Positions 38,760 through 48,943 of a stretch of 64,000 bases of DNA are shown here, one piece after another (position 1 is the stretch's first letter; each line of letters opens with the position of its first letter). Location of the stretch: NCBI GenBank assembly GCA_965218295.1, contig CBDCKN010000015.1, forward strand, positions 288,001-352,000. Direction: 5' to 3'. This DNA comes from Longimicrobiales bacterium (GTDB lineage Bacteria; Gemmatimonadota; Gemmatimonadetes; Longimicrobiales; Gaopeijiaceae). The notes beneath the pieces are model-generated. The model worked only from the letters and a program-made list of their open reading frames with translations. It was not told the DNA's origin and searched no databases. A program made the translations under genes and the position numbers.

Positions 38760-39636
38760 TCAGGCCTCTCCGGGCGGCAGCACGAGGGTGCCCTCCGCCA
38801 CCGTCGGCGTGTCCGATGAGATGGATCCGCTCACCCGCAACCCGCACTCGCAGCCGTCCACGACGGCGGCCGCCCTGTCGGGCCGTGAACTCGGCTCTTC
38901 CGAGCACTCCGGCCCAGTAGGGTCCCAGCGCCGTGTGGGCAACGCCGGTCACGGGATCCTCGTCGATACCGGCCCACGGTGCGAAGACGCGTGATGCCAC
39001 GTCTACCTCGTCGGTGACCGCAGCCGCTATAGCACCTGCTCCCCCGGAGCCGTTGGCCGCTCCGCCCGGGGCCGTGACGGACAACACGATCACATCCTCA
39101 CCCAGGTCGATTCTGCCCAGCGCCGAGAAGTTCGGTGCGAGCCCGTCGACGACATCCCGGCTGGCGACCCGGACGATGTAGTTCAGGGAGCCCGACAGAC
39201 ACGTCACCGCCTCCATGAGGCGGAGGGCCGCCAGCACGTCGTCGCGGGGCTCGACCACCGTGCACTCGTCCGACGGAAAGTCGAGGCGTAGGGCCCCGTC
39301 CGGCTCGACGTGGACGATCAGAGGACCACTTGCGGAGCTGAAGCGGTAGGGAGGGGTGTGGCCCAACGACCGGAGGACGTGTCCGCTGGCCAGGGTGGCG
39401 TGGCCGCAGAGAGGAACCTCCGTCGTCGGAGTGAACCAGCGGAGTCGACGTACGCCGGAGTCATCGGGAGCCTCGACGAAGGCGGTCTCGGAGAGGTTCA
39501 TCTCCGAGGCCACCGCCTGCATGGCGTGAGGGCTCAAAGGCCGTTCGACGAGGCAGACAGCGGCGGGGTTTCCTTGATAGGGCACGTCCGTGAAGGCGTC
39601 GACCTGCCGGTAAAGAAGTCCGACCTGCTTCGACAC
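38760..39636 (-). CDS. PhzF family epimerase; frameshift near the C-terminus
   Basis: QVDAFT..YQGNPAAV, MNLSETAF, EVPLCGHATLAS, EDPVTG.AH; expected tail TVAEGTL lies in another frame after ~38805 (current frame reads to 38695). Confidence 0.85.
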
Positions 39637-39647
39637 GGGGCCAGCTC

Positions 39648-40940
39648 CTAGGCGATATTCCGCCGCTTCCGCCGCATGAAGTCCATCATGATGTACTGCC
39701 CGAGGGTCTGGGTCGAAGTGAAATACGCCTTCCCCCGGGCGATCTCGGACACCTTCTGGATGAACTGCACGAGGTACGGGTCCTGGGCCAGCATAAACGT
39801 GTTGATCAGGATCCCGGCCCGGCGGCACGCCGAGACCTCGCGGAACGTCTCCCGTAGGATATGCTGGTCCATTCCGCCGGAGTTCTTGTAGATCTGCCCG
39901 TCGGGCATTGTGATGGCGCTGGGCTTCCCGTCGGTGATCATGATGATCTGGCGCATGTCCTTCTTCTGCGCCTTCAAGATGTTCCGAGCCAGCAGCAGCC
40001 CTCCGGCCGTATTGGTGTGGAAGGGGCCCACCTGGGCCTTGGCCAGCTGGCTCAGGGGAATCTCCTCGGCCACGTCTCCGAAGGTGACCACGGTCAAGGA
40101 GTCACCCGGGAACTGCGTGCGGATGAGGTGGGAGAGGGCCAGCGCCACCCGCTTGGCCGGCGTGAAGCGATCCTCGCCGTAGAGGATCATGGAGTGGGAG
40201 ATGTCCAGCATGAGCACCGTGGCGCACGACGACCGATACTCGGCCTGATGCACCATGAGGTCCTCGTACTCCAGGTTGAGCGGCACGCCAATTCCCTCCC
40301 GCTCGATGGCGCTCTTCAGCGTGGCCGGCACGTCGAGGTTGAGGGTGTCGCCGAACTCGTAGGGCTTGCTCGAAGCGTCCGCCTCCACACCCGTGGCGAG
40401 GTGAGGCGTCTCGTGAGAACCGAGACTGGACTGACCCAGCGCCGAGAGGAGATTCCTTAGCGCTCGGTATCCCAGGAAGTCCATCCCCTTTTGCGTGAGG
40501 TTGAACTGCACGTGCTGGGCCGCCTCGCGCGCCTCGTCGACCTCCCCCATTCCAGTGACGTCCTGCACCGTTCCCGGCATGGTCGGGGCCCCGTCCTCCA
40601 GCGTAATGTATCCCTCCTCCACCATGCGCTGGGTGAGGTCGTCCAGAAGATCCGCGATCTGCTGCTGAACGGCTTCGTCGCCCTCGCCATCACCCCGGAG
40701 CTCGTTGATCATCTCGGGCGTGAGCTGGCCACTCTCCATGAGCGCCTTCAGAAGCGCGTTCTTGAGCGACTCCATGGAGTCGGTGTCCTCGAGCCCGGAC
40801 CATCCCCAATAGGGATGGTAGTTGGGTCCACCCGCGAACCCCCCGCTCAACAAGAAGTCCGACAGGAACTCCATGAGGTTCTCGAGGTTCAGGGCGTCGA
40901 GCCAGCGGCCCCGATACTTGGTGTAGGTCGTGAAACGCAT
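39648..40940 (-). CDS. VWA domain protein
   Basis: MIDAS-type LDISHSM, TNTAGGL, IMITDGKP. Confidence 0.9.
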   Translation of the reverse strand: MRFTTYTKYRGRWLDALNLENLMEFLSDFLLSGGFAGGPNYHPYWGWSGLEDTDSMESLKNALLKALMESGQLTPEMINELRGDGEGDEAVQQQIADLLDDLTQRMVEEGYITLEDGAPTMPGTVQDVTGMGEVDEAREAAQHVQFNLTQKGMDFLGYRALRNLLSALGQSSLGSHETPHLATGVEADASSKPYEFGDTLNLDVPATLKSAIEREGIGVPLNLEYEDLMVHQAEYRSSCATVLMLDISHSMILYGEDRFTPAKRVALALSHLIRTQFPGDSLTVVTFGDVAEEIPLSQLAKAQVGPFHTNTAGGLLLARNILKAQKKDMRQIIMITDGKPSAITMPDGQIYKNSGGMDQHILRETFREVSACRRAGILINTFMLAQDPYLVQFIQKVSEIARGKAYFTSTQTLGQYIMMDFMRRKRRNIA

Positions 40941-41071
40941 AGTCACCGACGGCGAGAGAAGCCTCCTACCCTCCATCAAGAATAGTGGAGGGATGATCGG
41001 CCGGCCAACGAGCCGCGGGATTCGGCTCACCACCGTGGCTGGCTCATGGGAGCCTGCTTACGTTACCCGCC

Positions 41072-42214
41072 ATGAGCACAATGCCCGACCTCGCATCCAT
41101 GCGCCGTCAGCTGCTCAAGCACTTCGACGCTCATCGGCGGGAACTGCCGTGGAGGGAGAGCAGGGACCCGTACCGGGTGTGGGTCTCGGAGATCATGCTG
41201 CAGCAGACGCGCGTGGAGACTGCAGCTCCGTACTACCTGCGCTGGATGGAGCGCTTCCCGTCCGTGACGGAGCTGGCGGAGGCGGATGAGGAAGCCGTGC
41301 TGAAGGCCTGGGAAGGCCTGGGATACTACTCCCGAGCTCGTAACCTTCATCGCTCTGCGCTCATCGTGAGGGAGCACCTGAACGGTGTGCTTCCGGACAA
41401 CGCCTGCGGCCTGCGGGAGCTTCCAGGCATCGGTGAGTACAGCGCCGGCGCCATCGCCAGCATCGCCTACGGCGAGGCGAGGCCGGCCGTGGACGGCAAC
41501 GCCCGGCGTGTGATCTCCCGCCTCTTCGATCTGGCCAAGCCCTCGGCCGCCGAGCTTCGAGAGAGGGCTAAGGAGATCCTCGACGGGCGCCGACCGGGCG
41601 ACTGGAATCAGGCGATAATGGAGCTGGGCGCCACTATCTGTCTTCCCCGGTCACCACTTTGTCAGGAGTGCCCCATCGCGGAGCACTGCCGGGCCCGGGC
41701 ATTGGGGACGCAGGAGGTGAGGCCCCTGGCGAAGCAGCGGCCCCGCGTGCGAGGGGTGTCGTTCGCGGTGCTGGTGGCCGCGAGCGGCGCAGGGGAGCTT
41801 CTTCTGACGAGGCGGCCGTCGGACGGACTCCTGGGTGGGCTCTGGGAATTCCCATCGGTGGAGCTCGAGGTCCCCGACGACCTGGAGGAGGCCTGCCGAA
41901 GGGTGGCGGACACCTGGAGCGTCGCCCTGCCGCCGCCGGGGCCGCAGTGGAGGCCTCTCCAACACGTGAGACATGTCTTCAGCCATCTGAAAGCCGTGTA
42001 CCGACCCGTGCTCGTGTGCGACACATCCGGGGGCCCGGCGGGTGAAGTCCATGAGAGTCCGGGTGGTGAGACCGGGGCCGCCGATCGCCCGTGGCGCTGG
42101 GCCAAGCCCCACCAGATATCGACGCTGCCGATACCGGTGGCGCAGAGGAAAGTCCTCGGGCTGGCCCTTGGGGAGCTGGCCGGGCTGCGCGCGGAGTCCA
42201 GCGCTACGCGCTGA
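41072..42214 (+). CDS. mutY: A/G-specific adenine glycosylase
   Basis: WVSEIMLQQTRV, GLGYYSRARNL, LPGIGEYSAGAI, VDGN, C-x6-C-x2-C-x5-C. Confidence 0.96.
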   Translation: MSTMPDLASMRRQLLKHFDAHRRELPWRESRDPYRVWVSEIMLQQTRVETAAPYYLRWMERFPSVTELAEADEEAVLKAWEGLGYYSRARNLHRSALIVREHLNGVLPDNACGLRELPGIGEYSAGAIASIAYGEARPAVDGNARRVISRLFDLAKPSAAELRERAKEILDGRRPGDWNQAIMELGATICLPRSPLCQECPIAEHCRARALGTQEVRPLAKQRPRVRGVSFAVLVAASGAGELLLTRRPSDGLLGGLWEFPSVELEVPDDLEEACRRVADTWSVALPPPGPQWRPLQHVRHVFSHLKAVYRPVLVCDTSGGPAGEVHESPGGETGAADRPWRWAKPHQISTLPIPVAQRKVLGLALGELAGLRAESSATR

Positions 42215-43673
42215 TGCCTCCAAAGGGATCGAAGCCCTTATAGCCCTTTCCGGGAGAAGGTTCGTGGCGAGCCCGCACGTAGCGGCCGCTCATGGAGCGG
42301 CTGATCCGCCTCTCCGCCACCAGAGCCTCGAGGACGAGCTCACAGGCCCCGGCCCGGCATCCGTCGGAGCAGGACTTCGGCGCCAGTCCGACGTGCTCCA
42401 CGAGCTGGAGGAGGCTGGGCACCAGCTCGAATCCCTGAACGCATGCCTCCGCCGAGCTGTCGGCGCCCACCTGTAGCGCACCTCCCATTTCGAAGTACTC
42501 GACGATCTCCTCGACGTCCGCCCCGCCGGCCCTGGCCTGGAAGACCTCGTTGGCCGCCGCGCTGATAAGCTCTTGGGCGATGCGGTCCGAGCCGTGCAGC
42601 TCACCCTCGTACTCGAGCTCCAGCTTTCCGGTGATGGCCGGGAGGGATCCGTAGATGTCGCCGAGACGTGGCACGGCCCTCTCCTCCTTCAGCGTGAGCG
42701 CCCTCCGCTCGGCTGAGGAGACCACGCTCTCCAGCACGGCGATGGGCATGCGCTGGCTCACGCCGGAGCGCTGGTCGATCCGCTTGTCCTTCCGCCCGAG
42801 GAAGGCGATCCGCTCCACGACCTCGGCGACGAAGTCGGGAACCTCGATCTCGACGCAGCTCCGATCGAGCCAGGCTTCCTGATTGGTGATGTCCATGCCC
42901 ACCGACACTTCGAGGGGATAGTGGGTCTGGATCTCCGCACCGATGCGGTCCTTCAGGGGCGTGATGATCTTCCCGCGCGCCGTATAGTCCTCCGGGTTGG
43001 CGGTGAACACCAGGAAGACGTCCAGGGGCAGGCGAACGGGATAGCCCTTCACCTGCACGTCACCCTCCTGGAGGATGTTGAAGAGCCCCACCTGGATCTT
43101 TCCTGCCAGATCCGGCAGCTCGTTGAGCGCGAAGATTCCCCGATTGGCTCTCGGAAGGAGCCCGTAGTGGATGGTCAGCTCGTCGGCCAGGATGTGACCG
43201 CCGCGCGCGGCCTTGATGGGATCAACGTCTCCGATGATGTCTGCGATAGTCACGTCGGGGGTGGCGAGCTTCTCTACGAAGCGGGAGTCACGGGTGACCC
43301 ACGCCACCGGAGCGCCCTCCCCCTCGGTTTCGAGCAGGATGCGCGCGTACTTGGAGATGGGCCGGAGCGGATCGTCGTTGATCTCGCTACCCTCGAGGAT
43401 CGGCATCTCGGGATCCAGGAGGTCAACGAGCTGCCTGAGGATGCGGCTCTTTGCCTGGCCACGGAGACCGAGGAGGATGAAGTCGTGCCGGGCCAGGATC
43501 GCGTTCACGATCTGGGGCACCACACTGTCGTCGAAGCCGATGATGCCCGGGAAGAGCGGCTCTCCGGCCTGGAGCTTCGCGATGAGGTTGCGTCGTAGCT
43601 CGTCCTTCACGCTGCGGGGCTCGTAGCCCGCCGCTTTCAACTCTCCGACGGTATGGGGTCGGCTCGATGTCAT
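42204..43673 (-). CDS. Mg-chelatase/MoxR-like AAA+ ATPase
   Basis: LLGLRGQAKS, ANRGIFALNELPDL, TANPEDYT. Confidence 0.88.
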   Translation of the reverse strand: MTSSRPHTVGELKAAGYEPRSVKDELRRNLIAKLQAGEPLFPGIIGFDDSVVPQIVNAILARHDFILLGLRGQAKSRILRQLVDLLDPEMPILEGSEINDDPLRPISKYARILLETEGEGAPVAWVTRDSRFVEKLATPDVTIADIIGDVDPIKAARGGHILADELTIHYGLLPRANRGIFALNELPDLAGKIQVGLFNILQEGDVQVKGYPVRLPLDVFLVFTANPEDYTARGKIITPLKDRIGAEIQTHYPLEVSVGMDITNQEAWLDRSCVEIEVPDFVAEVVERIAFLGRKDKRIDQRSGVSQRMPIAVLESVVSSAERRALTLKEERAVPRLGDIYGSLPAITGKLELEYEGELHGSDRIAQELISAAANEVFQARAGGADVEEIVEYFEMGGALQVGADSSAEACVQGFELVPSLLQLVEHVGLAPKSCSDGCRAGACELVLEALVAERRISRSMSGRYVRARHEPSPGKGYKGFDPFGGISA

Positions 43674-43753
43674 TCCAGGTTCTCGTCCGTGGATAGCGTT
43701 GTGAGACGGAGGACCCGTACGTTCGATGCGGCGTCGAGTCGGAATCGCTAACA

Positions 43754-43779
43754 TAGTGTCCCGCTACCGAAGTGTCTCG
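43754..43779. repeat. Left-end remnant of the CTAG-ended MITE
   Basis: tagtgtcccgctaccgaagtgtctcg matches 45589-45614 at 24/26. Confidence 0.65.
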
Positions 43780-43871
43780 TGAGCGGTTGGATACACCGGG
43801 GTCGATTCAACGGATCCCGAGACAACAATGGCCGTCCGAACCGGCCGGTCAGACCGAGAGAAGGAGCCAGC

Positions 43872-45554
43872 ATGTCCGATCGGAGCCAGCTCACGGGGCC
43901 GGTGCGGCCGGCGAAGTACCAACCTGCTCTACCCGGAGATCAGCTGATCCTACGGGAAGCGCCCGACTCCGAGGCTGTCCCCATGGACGTCATTTTCGTC
44001 GGCGGGGGGCCTGCAGGGCTCGCCGGGGCTATCGAGCTGGCCCGTCTCGTGGAGAGGGACAAGAACGAAGGCGGGGGGCTCGGCGACGTCGAGATCGGAG
44101 TGCTGGAAAAGGCCGGCCAGTTGGGCGAGCATTCCCTTTCGGGATCGGTGGTGAACCCGCGTGCCTTTCGGGAGCTCTTTCCGGAGCTCGAGATGAGCGA
44201 GCTCCCCCTGAGGGGACCGGTCACCAAGGAGTCGGTCTATTTCCTCACAGAGAGCAGGTCCGTGCGGATACCCACACCTCCCACGATGAAGAACCACGGG
44301 AACCAGGTGGCGTCGCTCTGTGAGATCGTTCGCTGGCTCGGCGAGAAGGCTGAAGGGTTGGGAGTGAACGTCTTTACCGGCTTCGCCGTGGGCGGATTGC
44401 TCGTGGAGGGGGACCAGGTCATCGGTGTGCGCACGACGGCCTCGGGACTGGATCGGGACGGACAGCCCGGGGGTAGCGACTACATGCCTCCCATGGACCT
44501 GACTGCGCAGGTCACCGTTCTCGCGGAGGGCACACGGGGGCCCCTGACGCAGGCGTTCCTGGAGTGGCAGGAGATCGGGGCCGAGAATCCCCAGATTTAT
44601 GCCCTGGGGGTGAAGGAGCTGTGGGAGACGAAGAAGCCCCTCGACCGGGTGATCCATACCATGGGTTGGCCGCTTCCGGGCGACGCCTTCGGGGGCAGCT
44701 TCATGTATCCCCTGGAGGACAACCTGGTCTCGCTCGGGTTGGTGGTCGGTCTCGACTACCGGGATGCGCGCTTCGATGTCCACGGGGTCTTTCAGCGCAT
44801 GAAGCTACACCCGCTCTTCAAGCCCTACCTGGAGGGTGGGGAGATGGTGGAGTGGGGGGCGAAGACCATTCCCGAAGGCGGATACTACTCGGTGCCGTCC
44901 CAGCGACACGGTGCGGGCGTCTGCATCGTCGGCGACTCCGCAGGGTACGTCGATGTGCCGTCACTGAAGGGGATCCACTACGCCATGGACTCGGGCATGC
45001 TCGCTGCCCGGGCCATCTTCAAGGCGCTCAAAGAGGGGGACGTGTCGGAGAACGGGCTCCGCTCCTACACCGACTCCATCGACGCCAGCTACGTCATGAA
45101 GGATCTCCGGAGGACACGGAACCTCCGCCTCGCCTTCAAGAAGGGCTTCTTCGGCGGCGTGATGCGAGCCGGCCTCATGACCGTCTCCGGCGGTGCGCTC
45201 CTGGGTGGCAAGATCACGGTCTCCGAAGACATCGGCGAGGCTCGTGTCCTCGGCAACGGGGGTCCGGGAGTACAGCCGGACGGGAAGCTCACCTTCAGCA
45301 AGGTCGACGCGGTCTACAAGGCGGGGAACCAGACCCGCGACGACATCCCGAGCCATCTGATCGTCGGTCGCGAGGTGAGCCCCGAAGCAGCCGAGATGTA
45401 CGTGCACATGTGCCCTGCGGGCGTCTACGAGCGGGACGGCGACGAGCTTCGGGTGAACGCCCCCAACTGCGTCGACTGCAAGGCCACCGATGTGCTTGGT
45501 CCCCGATGGACCGCTCGTGAGGGGGGGAGCGGTCCGGCCTACAGGCGGATGTAG
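43872..45554 (+). CDS. Electron transfer flavoprotein-quinone oxidoreductase
   Basis: VGGGPAGL, HSLSG, GVKELW, AKTIPEGG, KGIHYAM.SG, CPAGVYE; AAGGAG RBS. Confidence 0.92.
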   Translation: MSDRSQLTGPVRPAKYQPALPGDQLILREAPDSEAVPMDVIFVGGGPAGLAGAIELARLVERDKNEGGGLGDVEIGVLEKAGQLGEHSLSGSVVNPRAFRELFPELEMSELPLRGPVTKESVYFLTESRSVRIPTPPTMKNHGNQVASLCEIVRWLGEKAEGLGVNVFTGFAVGGLLVEGDQVIGVRTTASGLDRDGQPGGSDYMPPMDLTAQVTVLAEGTRGPLTQAFLEWQEIGAENPQIYALGVKELWETKKPLDRVIHTMGWPLPGDAFGGSFMYPLEDNLVSLGLVVGLDYRDARFDVHGVFQRMKLHPLFKPYLEGGEMVEWGAKTIPEGGYYSVPSQRHGAGVCIVGDSAGYVDVPSLKGIHYAMDSGMLAARAIFKALKEGDVSENGLRSYTDSIDASYVMKDLRRTRNLRLAFKKGFFGGVMRAGLMTVSGGALLGGKITVSEDIGEARVLGNGGPGVQPDGKLTFSKVDAVYKAGNQTRDDIPSHLIVGREVSPEAAEMYVHMCPAGVYERDGDELRVNAPNCVDCKATDVLGPRWTAREGGSGPAYRRM

Positions 45555-45587
45555 CGTCGGTCGGAGTCCACGACTTCAGCTCGGGTC

Positions 45588-45755
45588 CTAGTGTCCCGTT
45601 ACCAAAGTGTCTCGGCCAGTCGAGGGCACGGTGCATCCGTGGGCTCGGCGTTGAGACTCCTTACCGTAGCTTGCGCTACGCCGCGTCGTCCCGCCTTGAT
45701 CCCACGGCGCCCCGACCCTCTTGGTGGCTCGCGAACTTCGGCAACGGAACACTAG
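45588..45755. mobile_element. 168-bp MITE-like element with CTAG ends and ~21-bp imperfect terminal inverted repeats
   Basis: Left ctagtgtcccgttaccaaagt; reverse complement of right end ctagtgttccgttgccgaagt; internal hairpin cgtagc-ttgc-gctacg. Confidence 0.75.
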
Positions 45756-46609
45756 ATGATCTCCGGGATCCTCAGACCAATCCCGTCACGGGTACGGATC
45801 AGACGGGGCAGTACGCTCGGTATGGAGCGCCGGCGGAACTCCTTCAGGATCTCGGACGTGGTGCCAAAATCCGTCAGCGACTCCAGCGTCTTGATGGTGG
45901 GGAACACCATGGGAAGAGAGCCCTCTGCGGTCCTCTTCAGCGCCCCCGCAGGGGTGATCCAGATCGCTTCCAGCATCTCGGCGGTGTGGATGGCGGGCTC
46001 CGACCCGGGCGCCACCGCCGCAGCGAAGAAGCGCGCGTCGTAGCGCCGGGGCTCGGCTATCGGAGTGATCCAGTGGCCGATGTACTCCATGACCGCGTCG
46101 TCGATGAGCACATCGAGATCCTCCAGAGCCTGCGCGAAGGAGCATGCCCCATCCAGGAGGCGGTCCCGGACCTCGCGAACGCTCGAGGAGGAGGCGGCGG
46201 CGGTGGGCAACCGGTCGCCGCCGGCACTACGGCCCACCAGAATGCCGGTCTCCTCGAACGCCTCCCTGAGAGCAGCCAGGTAGTAGGCGGCGGCCGGTGG
46301 GCTGGCGTCGCGGAGTCCCATTCGCGCCGCCGCCCCTTCCATGCTGAGGCTCGCCGTCCGGCTCATGACGACGGGGTCCGCGTCCTCCGCGTCGACCCGT
46401 CCGCCGGGGAAGACGTACGCCCCCGGCACGAAGCCCGCGCTGTGGACACGCTTCAGGAGCAGGACTTCGACGCCCTCGTCCGCATCCCGCATGAGAACCA
46501 CCGTGGCCGCTGGACGGGCGGGAGCGGGGTTCGAAGGGGGATCGTCGATCCTCTCGGCGATCCCCCTCGGTAGTTGGTCCTCCGGAACAACAAAATCAGA
46601 ATCGTCCAT
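45752..46609 (-). CDS. NUDIX hydrolase
   Basis: RPAATVVL, VFPGGRVD, AALREAFEETG, HWITP...RRYDARFF. Confidence 0.9.
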   Translation of the reverse strand: MDDSDFVVPEDQLPRGIAERIDDPPSNPAPARPAATVVLMRDADEGVEVLLLKRVHSAGFVPGAYVFPGGRVDAEDADPVVMSRTASLSMEGAAARMGLRDASPPAAAYYLAALREAFEETGILVGRSAGGDRLPTAAASSSSVREVRDRLLDGACSFAQALEDLDVLIDDAVMEYIGHWITPIAEPRRYDARFFAAAVAPGSEPAIHTAEMLEAIWITPAGALKRTAEGSLPMVFPTIKTLESLTDFGTTSEILKEFRRRSIPSVLPRLIRTRDGIGLRIPEII

Positions 46610-48277
46610 TCAGCGACCGACGGCCATCCCGTCCTTTCTCGGGTCGGAGCCGGCGGCCCAGCCCTTGTCGAGCCTGATGATAGCCTGGGCTCCGCCGAAG
46701 CTCGAGGGACCCTCAACCGTGAGCTCGTGACCCAGCGCCGCGAGTCCGGCTCGGACCGCTTCGCCGATCGGGCTCTCGATGGCGACCTGGTATCCCGACC
46801 GATGGCGGAAGCGCGGGGCGTCGATGGCGTCCTGAAGGTCCATCCCGAACACGAGGATGTTGAGCAGCATCTGGGTGTGACCCTGGGGCTGCATCGATCC
46901 CCCCATGAGGCCGAAGGTCATCCAGGGAGCGCCCATCTTGGTGACGAAACCGGGAATCAGCGTGTGGAAGGGCCGTTTGCCGGGGCCAGCCTGGTTGGGG
47001 TGCCCGTCCTCCAGGGTGAAGCCGCCACCCCGGTTCTGGAGGACGAAGCCGGTGCCGGGGACGACGATCCCCGAGCCGAAGATGTCGAAGACGCTGTTGA
47101 TGAACGAGATCATGTTCCCGTCGCAGTCGGCGGCCGACAGGTAGATGGTTTCGGTGTCCGTGATTGCGGGGCCGGGCTGTACCCTCTCCACCGCTTTGTC
47201 GGGATCGATGAGGGCCCTGCGCGCGGCCAAGTAATCCTCGTCGAGGAGCCGCTCCACCGACACGTCCATATAGTCCCGGTCCGCCACGTACCGCTGCAGA
47301 TCCGCGAAGGCGAGCTTCTTGGCCTCGATGAGGTGGTGGAGGTAGGCGGCGGAGTTGTGGCCCATACCCTCGAGGTCCAAGGGCTCCATCATCTTCATCA
47401 TCTGGAGGGCCGCGACTCCCTGACCCGCTGGGGGAAGCTCCCAGATCGTGTACCCTCGGAAGTCGATCGAGATGGGATCGATCCAGACAGCCTGGTGCTT
47501 ACGGAGATCGTCCAGGGTCAGGTAACCACCGAGCTCTGCCAGGCCATCGACGACAGTGCGCCCCAGCTCTCCTCCGTAGAAGACACCCGGGCCCTGCTCG
47601 GCGAGCATGCGGAAGCTGTTCGCGAGGCCGGGATTGCGGAACCACTCACCCGCTTGCGGTCCTCGCTTGCCATCATACAGGAAGGTGGCCTTGGCTCCCT
47701 CGTTCCCGGCGAGCTTGTCCTCCTGGCCACGCCACTGCCCGGCGATGATGGGGGTTACCGGGTAGCCCTCCTCGGCGATCCGAATCGCCGGGGCCAGCAC
47801 CTCGGCCAGGGACATGGTGCCGTAGCGCTCCAGGAGCGCGACCCACCCCGATAAGGCCCCCGGAACGGTCACCGCCTCCGGCCCATCAACGGGCATCTGT
47901 TCGTACCCTCGGGCACGGAGAGCCTCGGGCGTCAGCAGCGAGCCGGACCTTCCGCTGGCATCCAGGCCCACGAGCTCCTGATCCTTGGCCGACCACAGGA
48001 TGGCGAACATGTCTCCGCCGATCCCGGTCATATGGGGCTCGGTCACGTTGAGGACGGCCGCGGCCGCCACTGCCGCGTCGACGGCGTTCCCACCCTTCTG
48101 GAGCATCTCCAGCCCGGCGCTGCTGGCGAGTGGCTGACTGGTGGCCACCGCCTCCCTCGGGGCGTAGACCGTGGATCGGCCCGCCAGGCTGGTCGGTGTC
48201 ACCTGTGCGTTCGCCGAGCTCGCCACGACCAGGACTGCGCTGAGCCCCATGTTGAGAATGGGTCCGGCACGGGACAT
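46610..48277 (-). CDS. ggt: Gamma-glutamyltransferase
   Basis: GGNAVDAA, EPHMTGIGGD, TIYL (catalytic Thr), KRPFHT, MGGSMQPQG, SDPRKDG. Confidence 0.95.
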   Translation of the reverse strand: MSRAGPILNMGLSAVLVVASSANAQVTPTSLAGRSTVYAPREAVATSQPLASSAGLEMLQKGGNAVDAAVAAAAVLNVTEPHMTGIGGDMFAILWSAKDQELVGLDASGRSGSLLTPEALRARGYEQMPVDGPEAVTVPGALSGWVALLERYGTMSLAEVLAPAIRIAEEGYPVTPIIAGQWRGQEDKLAGNEGAKATFLYDGKRGPQAGEWFRNPGLANSFRMLAEQGPGVFYGGELGRTVVDGLAELGGYLTLDDLRKHQAVWIDPISIDFRGYTIWELPPAGQGVAALQMMKMMEPLDLEGMGHNSAAYLHHLIEAKKLAFADLQRYVADRDYMDVSVERLLDEDYLAARRALIDPDKAVERVQPGPAITDTETIYLSAADCDGNMISFINSVFDIFGSGIVVPGTGFVLQNRGGGFTLEDGHPNQAGPGKRPFHTLIPGFVTKMGAPWMTFGLMGGSMQPQGHTQMLLNILVFGMDLQDAIDAPRFRHRSGYQVAIESPIGEAVRAGLAALGHELTVEGPSSFGGAQAIIRLDKGWAAGSDPRKDGMAVGR

Positions 48278-48322
48278 GTGGTTCCCTCCATGATCATGAC
48301 CCTGGGCGCGGAGTCCGATCTC

Positions 48323-48943
48323 TCAGCCTGACATGCCCGGCTCGAGGATCGCTACTTCCCCGTCGAAGAGCTCCTTCAGGCGCTCCGCGTCTTCTCGGGT
48401 GCCGACGGGGCCTCCCCAGTGCACGGGAATCACGAGCTCCGCCTTGCACGCCTCGGCGGCCCGGGCCGCGTCTTCGGGGCCCATCGTATAGTGGCCTTCA
48501 CAGGGGAGGAAGGCCACGTCGCACCGGATCTGGTTCATGGCGTCGAGGAAATCCGTATCGCCGGAGTGATAGTACGTAATGCCGTCCAGGGTGAACACGT
48601 ATCCCAGCCAGGCGTTCTCGGGGGGGTGGAACTTCTTCCCTCGGTTGTACGCCGGAACGGCCAGGATCTCGATGCTGTCCAGATGGATCATGTCGCCCGG
48701 CCGCATGAGGTGATCCACGTCGGCGAGCTGCTTTCGCATGGACGCAGGAGCGATGACGATGGTGTCGTGCCCACGGACCTGGGCGATGTCATCTTCGGAG
48801 AAGTTGTCGTAGTGGGGATGAGTGAGCAGGATGTAGTCCGCGACGCTCTCTTCCGATACTCCCCAGGGATCGACGTGCATCTCGATCCCGCCCCGGCGAA
48901 TCCGAACCGACGATTGCCTGAACCAGGTGATTCCTTCGAGCAT
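48323..48943 (-). CDS. MBL-fold metallo-hydrolase
   Basis: THPHYD, YHSGDT, IPVHW. Confidence 0.88.
   Translation of the reverse strand: MLEGITWFRQSSVRIRRGGIEMHVDPWGVSEESVADYILLTHPHYDNFSEDDIAQVRGHDTIVIAPASMRKQLADVDHLMRPGDMIHLDSIEILAVPAYNRGKKFHPPENAWLGYVFTLDGITYYHSGDTDFLDAMNQIRCDVAFLPCEGHYTMGPEDAARAAEACKAELVIPVHWGGPVGTREDAERLKELFDGEVAILEPGMSG

Noticed and set aside
38760..39636. Phenazine biosynthesis
   Set aside because: Lone PhzF-family gene with no other phz genes
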